Shown here piece after piece: positions 12,705 to 24,293 of a DNA stretch of 64,000 bases (position 1 is its first letter; each line of letters starts with the position of its first letter). The notes beneath the pieces are model-generated. The model did not search any database, had not been told where the DNA came from, and saw nothing but the letters and a program-made list of their open reading frames with translations. The stretch lies in NCBI GenBank assembly GCA_977030845.1, contig OZ365116.1, positions 18,352,001 to 18,416,000 on the forward strand, read 5' to 3'. Both the position numbers and the translations under genes were made by a program. The DNA comes from Fimbriosthenelais zetlandica. Its lineage: Eukaryota.

Positions 12705-12979
12705 GCTTGTTGGAAGTGGGTTAGTTCATAATGTCGTAAAATAAAAACTTAAAAATGTATGCTTTCTCTTTATGTTACAAATTGAATTTGGTGAATTTAT
12801 CGGCAATTTATCTATTCTCTTCTGAAAGTTATAAAATATTTCATGTATACCCACAAATACAATATTTTAGTTTTACGACATTCTACTTCCGGCGCCGGAA
12901 CCCGACAACAACACTGTCAGCAGTTTCCGAACAAGAAATTATTGCGTAAATTGTGAAATCGGCTACATATTTCATTATC
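12705..12979. promoter_or_regulatory. Bidirectional promoter shared by ACTR6 and the RING-NHL gene
   Basis: The two ATGs diverge and are only 275 bp apart. A perfect 14-bp palindrome TTCCGGCGCCGGAA (12887-12900) forms two inverted ETS/GABP cores. Confidence 0.75.
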
Positions 12980-14740
12980 ATGGCGTCGGCAACCCCTGAC
13001 AGGATGCTTTTCGAGGACCTCTTCTTATGTTCTATCTGCCTACAGCCGTTTGAAGCTCCTAAATTGCTGCCTTGCCTGCACAGCTTCTGTCGAAACTGCC
13101 TGAGCCGTCACTTTGAGATCGATGTCCTGCGGGTAGGTACCAGTGGGAGCCATAATAATCATGATCCAACAAGTCCTCAAGTATCCTGTCCTGCATGTAG
13201 GACCTTTGCCGTTGTTCCTGATGGCAGAGTCAGCTATTTCCATGATGATGTCTCTGTGGAAATGACTAAATCCTTTTTACTTGAATGTTTCGGTCGGATG
13301 GATGGGTTTGATGATACGAGTGACGTCCAGTGTGAGAATGAGGTGGTGGAGCTAGCTCAGCGACGACGTGAGTGGCTCAGGGAGAATGTCAAGACGATTC
13401 AGCAAAATCTTGTCGATCTGCGATCAAAGACGATGTATGTGGCCGTCTTGACGGATCATCTGCGTCGTGTTAAAGGCGATCAGACGAAGGTGATCGGAGA
13501 AACAGAGCCGGTCAATCACGCCCAGTTGTTCAAAGAGCTCAACATTAGCTTCCGGCCTGTCATCGCTCAGGTCGCTGACCATGCTGAGAAACTCTATGGG
13601 GCCGCCTGCAGGCAGAAGGCGGTGTATGGGTTGGTCGAAGAAATAGTGGAAAATGGAAGTGTAATACATGTAAACGCTGCGTATAACCCACTTAAGGATT
13701 TACTTCACGAATCGCGCGTCAGACCCCCGATCCTTGAGACAAATCTTCATCATATGGTGGCTGGTCTTAATGTCAATATGACCCAGGTCGACTCAGAGGT
13801 TCACCGAGCAAGTGCTGGCACTGAGCTTGATCTCCATCCACGGAAGAACCAGAAGCTGGCGGTCTCTCTCAGACTCTTATGTCGCCTCTCCAGATGTGGC
13901 GACAAACCGGGCCAGTTTAACTTCCCCATCCACGCCACTTTCCTACCTGATGGTGGTTTCATTGTTTGTGATAAGAAAAATCGCCGAATTCAGATCTTTG
14001 ACAAGATGGGAAGATTCAGTCAAGAGTTCATGAAGGGACGAATCAAACCAAGACGTGCTCGCCTGAACCCGGTGGATGGGTTATTGTACGTCAGTGATGA
14101 ACACACAGAGACAGTGAAGGTCTATACCATACATGGGGCATTCATCCGATCACTTGGAGAGAAGTACTTCATGTGTCCGGCTGGTCTTGATTTTGACACA
14201 CATGGCAATATCGTTGTAACCGATGCTGAAAAAGCCACAGTTATCGTCTACAGTCCTCAAGGCAGACGCATTAATAAATTCTGTTACGCCATTTTCCAGC
14301 CTAAGGTCCCATGTCCTTATTTCGCTGCGTGTAGCAAAGAAGATCACATCGTCGTATCCGACTATAGAAATAACACAGTACGATGTTTCACCTCACATGG
14401 CCGTGAGATGTTCTGCATTTCAGATCTGAAATGTCCACGGGGGGTCTGTATTGACAAGAGTGGCAATATTCTCATTGCTGAAGGCGATGGGCATAGAGTG
14501 GCGCTGTATTCACCATATGGTAAATTCCACCAGTATGTTCTCACTAAAGAAGATGGCCTCAATTACCCGATGTCGGTGGATATTGATGACGACCTGCGGG
14601 TTTTGGTCACTCAGTGTGGTCTGTATCATAATCATGAGGTCATGATGTTCCAGCTCACATATGGTACTGGACCGGGAAGCAAGTCTAAACCCAAAACCAA
14701 GACTGCAATGAAATCATTCAGCCAGATGTGTGAAGACTGA
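12980..14740 (+). CDS. TRIM2/3-like RING, coiled-coil and NHL-repeat E3 ubiquitin ligase (586 aa, intronless coding region, no clear B-box)
   Basis: ATG in atcATGG context at 12980. RING motif CSICLQPFEAPKLLPCLHSFCRNC...CPAC, a helical middle region, and six NHL repeats (GQFNFP..., CPAGLDFDTHGNIVVTD, CPRGVCIDKSGNILIAE, LNYPMSVDID). Confidence 0.9.
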   Translation: MASATPDRMLFEDLFLCSICLQPFEAPKLLPCLHSFCRNCLSRHFEIDVLRVGTSGSHNNHDPTSPQVSCPACRTFAVVPDGRVSYFHDDVSVEMTKSFLLECFGRMDGFDDTSDVQCENEVVELAQRRREWLRENVKTIQQNLVDLRSKTMYVAVLTDHLRRVKGDQTKVIGETEPVNHAQLFKELNISFRPVIAQVADHAEKLYGAACRQKAVYGLVEEIVENGSVIHVNAAYNPLKDLLHESRVRPPILETNLHHMVAGLNVNMTQVDSEVHRASAGTELDLHPRKNQKLAVSLRLLCRLSRCGDKPGQFNFPIHATFLPDGGFIVCDKKNRRIQIFDKMGRFSQEFMKGRIKPRRARLNPVDGLLYVSDEHTETVKVYTIHGAFIRSLGEKYFMCPAGLDFDTHGNIVVTDAEKATVIVYSPQGRRINKFCYAIFQPKVPCPYFAACSKEDHIVVSDYRNNTVRCFTSHGREMFCISDLKCPRGVCIDKSGNILIAEGDGHRVALYSPYGKFHQYVLTKEDGLNYPMSVDIDDDLRVLVTQCGLYHNHEVMMFQLTYGTGPGSKSKPKTKTAMKSFSQMCED

Positions 14741-15818
14741 AAAACGTTAACCGAACTTAATCAACTTCTTAACCTATAAATGTTACATAATAATGCTTCA
14801 TGCGACGTAATGCATCTGATATAAGCTTATTCCCTGAAATCAAACATGGCCTAGTCACTGGATGTGGATAGATGGTACCGTACTATGTATTGTGTTTAGA
14901 TAGTGTATGTTTAATCTGTCACGTCACATATTGAATGGATGGATGACATAGGCATAATATTCAAAACAATGCTAAATCCCAACTATCTAGAATGTTTCAA
15001 GTTTGTTGTATTAGTACATAGTATTAATTATAGAATCATCTTAGTACTAAAAGATGTATCCATATTCTAACTGTTTGTAGTGAAGTAAACGACTATATGA
15101 TACACCAAATGTTCCTCTCATAATTAAATAATATGTTAGTAGACATCTAGACACCCAAAGAAAGAATAGTTGAACAGAAACTCTCCGAATACATGAATAT
15201 GGGTATTAGTTAATATACCAATCTCCCGTTACGCGTATCTGTATTAGCATGCACAACAATGTTCATATACATTTACTAAATGTACGGAGAAAGAAGAAGA
15301 CGTAAATCACAATACTGCCAATCACTGAACTCTATATACACTTATACACCTGCCAGTTATAATAGCAACTACAATGCACCCTGCATTTACATTGAAGAGA
15401 CAAAAAATAATTCCCTATACTAAAAAATAGGCTGTACTCTCTGGACTAAGTTTGAATAATACATCCATACATATGACTAGCTTTTCTAGAACTTTTCTTA
15501 GGGTAACATTACACATGTGTGTTATGATTCTTATATATAAGATGATCATCAGATTATTGTGATCATCTACCCTTAGACATTAAGAATACCACAGCAGCGA
15601 ATTAGTGAATAGATGATATTCTATTTTTCATTTTCGGATGAACTTCATAGATTACTAATTTCATATACCGGTAGTGTATAATATCATAACAGGTTATTTC
15701 TGTATCGGGGATCGACAATTTGTATAATGTTGCGACTCGTCCTCTGAAATTGTCCAATTCTTGGAATATGAAGTATTTTCTTTCCTGATGTTACATTCTT
15801 TCCTCTCCACAAACGTAA

Positions 15819-17685
15819 TTACCTCCGTGCTAAAACTCTCTGGACCATCCCCCGGACAAGTAGCCTGATGTTATCATTAATCTGGGGGAAAATCGAAAAA
15901 AGCATTGTCATTGACCAACCCGCTCCAATATATTCTAGGCTTAGACTTTTAATTTTCAGGCCTTTTCAAGGTTTTCAACGACGTTTCATGGTAGTTTCAT
16001 GATCTTAGATAGTTGATTTCACTACAAATTATAGCTGGCTGATGTCTCAGTAGAGATAAATCGATTCCTAAACAACTATTTAAGGTCGGAACTATCTAGG
16101 AAACGAACTTAATACCAAGTGTTTGATATCCCCCTATGTTTGGGAGGTGTGAGGAGGGGAAGGGGAATCAGACTTGTAGTTGGATAATTGTCACAAAATC
16201 ATTTTCACTTACAAAGCGATAGAAAAAGCAGACAGTCGGCTCCTCATCTTCACCATATGGACAGTCCGTCTTGCCATTACAGAGTTGATGGTCGGATATA
16301 CATGTGTTACTTACAAGGGAAAGTGGACATCGATACCGTCTATGACCATCTAACGTCACTGGGCAGCCTTTGAGGGTAGAAATCAGATGAGAAGAGATTA
16401 AATAATAGGTCTATGTACAAAATAATCTATATTCCGATTATTTAGTAAGCGTATGATGGCACAAATGCCTTCTGTGGTGGAAAATAGGTACGGTTTCAAA
16501 TGCAAGATATCATGGCCCAATGCTTAACTTTAGGTTCTTAGAAATGCATTGTCCCATGATATAATTCCATAATTAACCATATCAATGCTTTATATAAAGC
16601 ACACCTGAATCATTTGAGTTTTCATAAGTAAGTTCATAACAGCTATGAACTGATTTACGGCACGGTTTCTGACCATTTGGTGCCCATACCGTCATCGTAT
16701 TGGTGTGTGAGGTAAAAGTGACCCTGCCTGAGCCCCTGGTCGTCAAGTCCCGTCAGTCTAATTGTTGGTAGAGCTTGTATTGATGCCCCCATGCGCCCCT
16801 ACCGGCCTGCCCCTCATCTCTTTAACTCCCTTACCAACACCTGCACCCAATGGAATCAAGCTTGACTGAGATTTCCGCTTCCGGTATACAGTGCCCTCTA
16901 CAATGCGGGGGAGGGACCTTAAAAATGATTGTTGGCATCCCAAGATGCTTAGGTCAGCGCTTCCACCTTTTTTGGTCAATCCTATCCCATTTAATCTTCG
17001 GGGAGTACATGACCAAAGTCTTCCCCTAGTCTTCCATGTGGCCATTTTTTGTTAGAGATAATTAGGACGTAACAACTCAAACTGGCACCTCGATCTCAAT
17101 GTACATACATGTATATATAATTATCTTAATTGGGTCTGCAATTCTACAAGGTTCATATAACACGAAAATTAGGATGAGAAATTGTGTAATTATCCTGATA
17201 TGCAGGAGCACAGATTGTGGAAGGGCGAGTATTATCGACTTTAGTGTAATTAAGTTAAATGCTGGCAATTGGGGTGATCTATGTGATCTGAATACAGAAC
17301 GAGATACATGTATGTCCTGGTAAAATAAATTATTCATTAATTTCAATACCGGGAAAACAAGAACTGTAAAAGTTACATTCAACCTACCATGCCTTACATT
17401 AGGTTCACCTGGTAACAAGTGTATTTTCTGGGCTTCCCTCCCAGGCACAGAACTTTCCCGTTGGAAACCAACTTCACTTTTCTCATGAAGAGATGTGTTC
17501 AATCCGTTATTGCTTAAAGCGATTGAAGACGTGCGATGTAAAAGTCTCTCCAGAGTACTGAAGCCATGCCCCCCTCTCTTATCCTCGTGGATGGTTTGAA
17601 TTCCATACGCTCCGTGATTAAGTGTTAGGGCTAGAAGACAAGGAATTATGACAAAATTTGCAATAGAATAAATCTGAGTCCACAT
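15819..17685 (-). CDS. Secreted protein with a single LDL-receptor class A domain (prohormone-4-like architecture), 164 aa. Exons 17685-17409, 16367-16213, 15881-15819
   Basis: Hydrophobic signal peptide (MWTQIYSIANFVIIPCLLALTLNHGAYG) and a dibasic KR site after IQTIHED. Exon 2 is a six-Cys LDLa (CPVTLDGHRRYRC...CISDHQLCNGKTDCPYGEDEEPTVC). Junctions are in phase (1, then 0), and exon 3 reads INDNIRLLVRGMVQRVLARR-stop. The exon 1 donor and the last exon are less certain. Confidence 0.75.
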
Positions 17686-18035
17686 GTTGGAAATAATGAT
17701 TTGGTTGTATTCCTTACAGAGGTTTGTTCCATCTATGGCGGGGGAAATCAAATCTGTGAATAGGGCGTAACCATTTTAAGTCTATGTCTCGGTGTAGGTG
17801 AGTGTCCCATGTCTCTGATTGGTCACTTTCTGGTGTGGTCACCACCCAGGCCACAACATAATTCTATCCTTTCTCCTATAGATAATTAACTTGTCTATGT
17901 GTAGAAAGCGCGTGCAGGCATATGACTGGTGCGCATATCTCGTGGAGGAAGACTGTTCTATACTTTAAAAAAAATTCTAATTGATTCTTCTTATGCGATA
18001 TTTATAGTCGCTCAAGAAGATTCAAAGATAATTAT

Positions 18036-18077
18036 TCAAGTATAGACCTAACGCACTCAAGTATAGACCTCACGCAT
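18036..18077. repeat. Two-copy 21-bp tandem duplication (TCAAGTATAGACCT(A/C)ACGCA...)
   Basis: Read directly; the two copies are nearly identical. Confidence 0.8.
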
Positions 18078-19214
18078 AAATATATCATCGTTTATATGAC
18101 TTGTACAAAGTAATTAAAATATGACATAGGAGATTAAAGACTTAGGTTCAGATGTCTCTCGTGTAGATTAATGTTTATTAAATTGTATCACATATTTTAA
18201 GCTATATTAAGACTTAACATAGTCGGTGTTCATTCCCCCAGTAAAGACATACGTTATTTCAGACGGCGTTTTGTCATTTTAACCATAATTTTATTTCGCA
18301 AAATAGTTATATAGAATAACTCAAGTAAAAACATGTATATCTATAGTTCAAACGTTATATGTTATAATTGGAAACCAAAGTAATTCAATGCGACGTCTCT
18401 AATATCAGATTAAGGAGTCTCATGACCATGTTAACGATAGTGTCCTATTCAACAGACATCATGATCATCAGTATCGAAATACTGTCATTTGTATAGCAAA
18501 ATGTCAATGGAGGCTAGGCTACTGGTCTAACCAAATCTTATTTAGGGATTTCCCCATCCATTAACCAATCAGTCGAGTAATTGAATGGAAAAGAAATTAG
18601 CTAATTGTCCGATCAGAGATTCACACAAGTTGAGAGCTTTTTCTCAGCGTACATTGATTTGGTCAGTAATTGTTGCTGCCTCAGCAGATCCGTTAGGTAC
18701 AAGAATATACCCAATCGCATTCATAGTCAATCCCCGATAAGTCCCATATTTTTGGTACATTTGGGATTAACATATTTTTGTTAGTCTCGAGGGACAAATT
18801 TAGTTCAAATTTTATTTAACATTCTAACAACTGGGGGATAGCATAGTTAGAAAAAATATCATAAAGCTAGACTATAATGAGTAATTTATTCGTCATAACC
18901 ACTCGAAAATAACGCTTCACGAGGCCAATATACCAAAAGGCATATACGCCGAGTCTATTTTAAAATAATCTATACCTAGCCTGAATGCCACTAGGTACAT
19001 TCCTGAGTAAGCAACTCTTTTATAGAGACGTTAAAAACTATTAATCCCAATCCACGCATATTAAACTAGAGCAAATGAACCTTAAAAAACCGTCATCGTG
19101 ATATAGATGATTAAAATGAAATTTAATCAATTTAGGTAATTAATCTAGGCCCATTACAATAATATAATTTAATTAATAATAATCACTTAGTCTAACTAGC
19201 CTGAATACTAGTGT

Positions 19215-20186
19215 CTATGCATGTAACAACGGAGGTGACTTATTAGAACAATCACTTTCATCGTCGTTGTTCTCATTGTTCTCATCTTTCTCAGTGAGTA
19301 GTGAGTAAGTTGTATCTTTGTCGGATCCTGTGATTTGATACATTGTATAATCTGTGTCATCTACCACTGTGGGATAACAGCACGAAATGATGACAGACGT
19401 TATTAAAATGAATATAACAGCAGCTCCGGTGTGCCAGGTGTATAAGGCACCCACCATCATTATCTGGGTGCTCACTTGTTTAACTGGATCCAGAGTTGGC
19501 TTGGCTTCCTTCAAATCAACATGGTTATCATGGGTATGGTGGGCATGATGGTTTATGTCTTCAAAATGATCCCATGATGCTGGGTTAGAGAGAGCATACG
19601 CCATGTGGCAGAACCACATGCCCTGTAAAAGCGTGAAGTAGGCCCTCCCTAAACTAACCAAGATGTTGTCTCTTTCAGCAATTTCCCAGAAAGTACAAAT
19701 ACAACAACCAAAGATTGTGATGATAAGAAGAACGTGCGAAGCAATATCCACATCACTCCTACCCTTTAAATGGAAGGCGAAAAGTATCCCTTCCATCGCA
19801 AACGCGAGAGTCATTAGTAAGTATACAACTTTTCCCAGCTCTGGAATTGCAGCCTTTAGATTGCGCCTCAAGAGAGTGAGGCCTGCAGGAAGGATGAAGA
19901 AGGCATACATTGTGGCATGTTGAGTATTGTTAGCTTTGATTCCATGTAAGAGTTCCACACAAAGTCCTATCACACACATTATGAACAGGATAATTGCCTC
20001 CAAGTTCAGGCCACGTATGCAGCGGACATTCATGCACTCCATGAGAGAAGAGTGATATTGTTCTGCAGAGGACTTGGAGAGGAAATAACGGCGTAATTCT
20101 ACGATCGCCCACCACACTCCAAACATCATGAAGAAAAGACCTGGAATGGTATGACCTATGACGTGATTACGGTCTAACTCTACCAT
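19215..20186 (-). CDS. TMEM45B: Transmembrane protein 45 family (DUF716), 323 aa, single coding exon
   Basis: N-terminal GHTIPGLFFMMFGVWW, QHATMYAFF, EGILFAFHLKGR, HVLL, RAYFTLLQGMWF and several hydrophobic helices. An acceptor upstream of the ATG (about 20258) implies a non-coding first exon. Confidence 0.9.
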   Translation of the reverse strand: MVELDRNHVIGHTIPGLFFMMFGVWWAIVELRRYFLSKSSAEQYHSSLMECMNVRCIRGLNLEAIILFIMCVIGLCVELLHGIKANNTQHATMYAFFILPAGLTLLRRNLKAAIPELGKVVYLLMTLAFAMEGILFAFHLKGRSDVDIASHVLLIITIFGCCICTFWEIAERDNILVSLGRAYFTLLQGMWFCHMAYALSNPASWDHFEDINHHAHHTHDNHVDLKEAKPTLDPVKQVSTQIMMVGALYTWHTGAAVIFILITSVIISCCYPTVVDDTDYTMYQITGSDKDTTYSLLTEKDENNENNDDESDCSNKSPPLLHA

Positions 20187-22597
20187 TTTGACTTGTTCAC
20201 TTTGGTTTGCACGAGATGTTTAAGATGCCTTAGATATACGTGTATATTGTGTGGAAACTGAAATATAAAGACATTTACAGAAATTAGAGTAAAACATTTT
20301 CTTTGAGGCAGTGTACTATTTCATATCCAAAGCCCATGGAATAGAGTGATCTCAATCTCCCAAAGACGAGATTTGAGTGCTATACTTGGTCCAGTATATA
20401 CATCAATGATAAATTATCCGGCAAGACTTTGTGAATGAGTGCATGGATAGAGACCGGGTTTTTATATAAAGACCTTGAAAGTTTGAGGGTGAGTGCTTTA
20501 TCCACTTTAGTACACCGGATTTCATTACAGTGGATTATGGTCACGATAAATCAGCGCGATTTAAAGCAATAGACCAAAGAAACGACTACGTCAGTGTACT
20601 CACAGCAAATAGCTAACAGAAAGAATGGCTAGGAAGAGGATAGATTGTGGTATGCTGACAGTAAAAAATGGGATAATAAATCCGGACACTTTGACTTAGG
20701 AAGGAAAACTATACATCCGTTATGCATGGAAACACAAGTAGGACTAGGATGTAAAAAACATCCCATGAATGTGGGAAAATAGTAGGTTTGTAAGTCAAGA
20801 ATCAAGTCAAGAATGTTTTCAACCGGAAATATGATCTTTTGGGTTATGCCCCTAGATATAAGGAGTCAAAAACGAGTAAGCGATGCTCAGAATTGAGAAA
20901 ATGAATGAGGGAAATGAGAGTATTGAAGATAGACAATGTGACGTGGCTGAAAAACGTCAATGAAAAACAATTTAAGTATTATAAAGCTGATTCACGATGA
21001 CATAAAAGCAAAATACAATCGAAAGACGTCGTGATCTTGTAATGAGATACTACTCACCAGTAGTCTTATGGAATTACGTCCTTTTTGCAATGTTAGTTTT
21101 GTGGTCTGCAGTGATCCTTTTTACAACAGTAGTGTAAAATCTTGGGCGCTGCCCCATGAAGCAATGATTTCATGGGCGTGACAAATGAGGATGAATTTCC
21201 GCACAGGTCTGCCAACCCAATGCCTGTCCTCACTGGTACTGAAGTCTCTTAGTCCCAGTTCCTGCACCATAGCACGTAGGCAAATGGTCGGAAATCTCCG
21301 AAAATCTTTGCGAGCTGACTATTAACTGTAAGTGTGACGGTTCACTTCTCCGAACAACCACCACTCCCTTACTCCACCCCGATCATCCACGCCCACATGT
21401 ATATACATGTATATACATGGCCTAAATTTATACATGTGCATATCTAAATTTCACACAAATTGACTTTCAATGGGACTTCAGAATCCATAAACCAGGCGGA
21501 AACTTGCAGGTGGATCATATATTGTATATTAATAAACGTTACTCATGTACTGGTAGAGGGAGATGCCAACCCTCATATGCCCGACCAAGTCATAATTCAA
21601 TCATTAATATCATCATATCTTGTCAACACTTAAATATGAAGTAAGGAAAAAGATGAAGGTCCATATTATCAGAGACAGTCAGGGCGGTACACAGCAGCGG
21701 AGCTATTGAGAACGAAATCATAATTTGATTTCTTTCAATGACTGATTTCCTGCAATTATATATGTTGAAAGAGAAACTAAGGAAAGTAACAATAATGTAG
21801 CCTGTAGAGGAGAGCCGCTACAGAAATTAACATACCATGGGTCGGCTGATATACAGCCAGTAATCATACCTGTAACTCATGATTTAACTGCCAAATGTAA
21901 TCAAATTAAATTTAGAGTAAGTGGATGTGTAATTTGGCTCTGTTAGGAGAGTAGGCCTAGTAATCAATTAATAAGGTAGACCTTATTTCAGGCCAATTAT
22001 CCACCCATTGATTACACTTTAAAATAAAATAATTATTTTGAATTTTTAGAATCCTTAGCCAATACCAATACAAGGTATAATTAGTTTAAATTGATCTACA
22101 GAAGAAAGTTGCGTCTGTAATCTGAGATTTAGTACCTCTGCGTTCATAATTCTTTCCGCTCTACCTTGCACATTCCATATTAAACCAGTGAAAGCTCAAT
22201 GACCCCGAGTTGAGGTCAGAATGTAGCCTCAAGTACAACACGATTTCTTGTCTCCAGAGTCATGGTATTCTGCTATAGCCTACCTTTGACATTTTTTGAA
22301 AAACTTTTTTAAACGGTTTAAAAGATTGGGTGAATCTAAAAATGTCGTAGACTGGATATCCAAATTGGGTGACAGAAAACTAGAATGAGCAATAATAAAG
22401 ATACCTACAGTCAAGATATTTAAAGTTGTAATATATAAAAGTAGAAAAGGAATTGAAGAAATGCAATGTGAACTTCGCAAAGCAGTAAATTGAAGCGCAT
22501 TAAGACCACATTGATATTCAAATGGTAGGCCCACATTATATATCAACCTTAATCCAGATTCCATCAGGGAGATCTCTCCTGATATGTCAGCCATTAA

Positions 22598-23243
22598 GGT
22601 GGCTCGTACCATTTGCCACGTGACCCTGGCGTTGCAACGCCTTTCTCTCGGTTTTACGGGTTGCCACTTTCGCCTTTTTCCGCTCCCAGTGTCAACTTCC
22701 TGCTGGCTAATATGGCAGCACACTACATGCGATTACAGGGGAAATTTGCTTCCCAGAAGAAACTAAACAAGGTTAACCACATTCTGGATGTCCGCCATGA
22801 AAAAGCTTTATCCAATATACAAGACTATGTTCATTTGGATCACTGTTACGGCTTTCCAACCTCAGAATTGAACATTGCGGCGGAGGTGACAGTTGAGACT
22901 ACCGACCCGGTATTTTTATAATAAATGTTATTTAGTACAAGTTGCAGTCGGTCAATATTTTGTTGTTGTTGATATATGATGGCTAACAATATAAATAACT
23001 CCCTGGACAATTTTCAGGATTTTTTGTCAAATGGTTTTCCTTGAGGAGCCTTACAGGGGAAAAAACCTGCTATTTTGCACTGAAGTCAATGAGCGGACTG
23101 TGAAATTCTTTAAAAATTGACACAAAAAAAACTAGTCGGTCGATCCACTTCATTTTTTTCATTCTACCTCCTACGACACTAGGCTACAACATATAAAAAA
23201 ATTAGGGATTTCTGTCAAAAACTTTAAGAAGGTATGAGCCACC
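22598..23243 (+). mobile_element. 646-bp non-autonomous Kolobok-type DNA transposon (possible solo long terminal direct repeat)
   Basis: TTAA at 22594-22597 and 23244-23247 flanks 13-bp inverted termini GGTGGCTCGTACC and GGTATGAGCCACC (one mismatch). TTAA duplication with purine-purine termini is characteristic of Kolobok. Internal short ORF at 22712-22921. Confidence 0.8.
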
Positions 23244-24293
23244 TTAAGTGCTCTCAGTATAGCAGTTTCTACTGTTATTCTGTCAGGACATTCATTAGGA
23301 AGAAAGTAGGTCATATTCTCTCAACGCAAGAACCCACATAACTGGTTAAGGTAGTTTCCTTAACAACAGCCTTCCTTAACAATATATTGGGCCTGCAGGT
23401 TTGTGGGTTGCGTGGACATACAGTATATGTGATATGTTGAAATTAAAAGAGTCTAAAGTCGCATATGGCCATGCAGCTCTACGGGCCTGAAGGCTTTGTA
23501 CACAAGCTATTTATCTGAGCATTTTCGCATTAAAAGCAAGTATACAATGTTTTGACTATTTTGTGACTGAAACTGAGAAAAGTTCACATTTGTGCGTATT
23601 ATTATCCCTTCAAGATTTCTTCCAGTTGGAAAAAAATTTGTCTAAAATGGGCATTTTCTCTGGTTTTTGTGCTATACATTCTTGTGCTATACATTATTGG
23701 AACGCTCGTGATATGCTCTATACGAATCTGCAACTTACTCTAAAACCTTTTTCGCGATTTTTGACTCATTTATTGAAAACATGTCACATATATGGATCAA
23801 TATATGGATCACCAGAGCCTTATATATCGCTCCATGAATAATAAACCTTCACAGTCTGATGAATGTAATGTCTTTTTGCTTGAAAAAATGGCATCGGAAC
23901 GGACCTCGCCATAGATGATTGTCAGATATGTATCGAATCTAAGGAGGAAATCGTGTAACATAGTAATTAATGTCAAAATGATTCATTCATTTTATCACTC
24001 GAGTAAAGAAGGAAATGGAATGGATCCATCGCCAAACCATGAGATTTCATGTTGTACTCGTATTTTCATCCTCTTCTGTCTATGCGTGAAACTATAAAAT
24101 TACAAACCTGGGTTGACAAGTGAACCATGGAAAACCTTGAATTGTACCAACTACTTTGTCATCAACTTGTCACGGTATAATATGGTTGGCTGGGAACAGT
24201 CATTCGTCTAAGAGTAAGAGTTTGAAAAGGTAGGAAAATAGAAGATAAAAAAGAAAACATAAAGAGTACATTAAACGCTAGACTAACACGTGA

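Noticed and set aside
16758-17045. 95-aa ORF and GC-richer patch in intron 1 of the LDLa gene
   Set aside because: No recognisable domain and no in-phase splice sites linking it to the gene model.
17077-17751. Full 224-aa ORF as a single-exon gene
   Set aside because: The part after 17409 is read-through into AT-rich intron. The signal peptide starts at the internal ATG (17685) and splices in phase to the LDLa exon.
21121-21270. Minus-strand peptide MVQELGLRDF...VRKFILI, loosely like a MULE transposase segment
   Set aside because: Only 49 aa, with no flanking catalytic motifs or terminal repeats. It sits in a probable TMEM45B 5'-UTR exon (donor at 21057).
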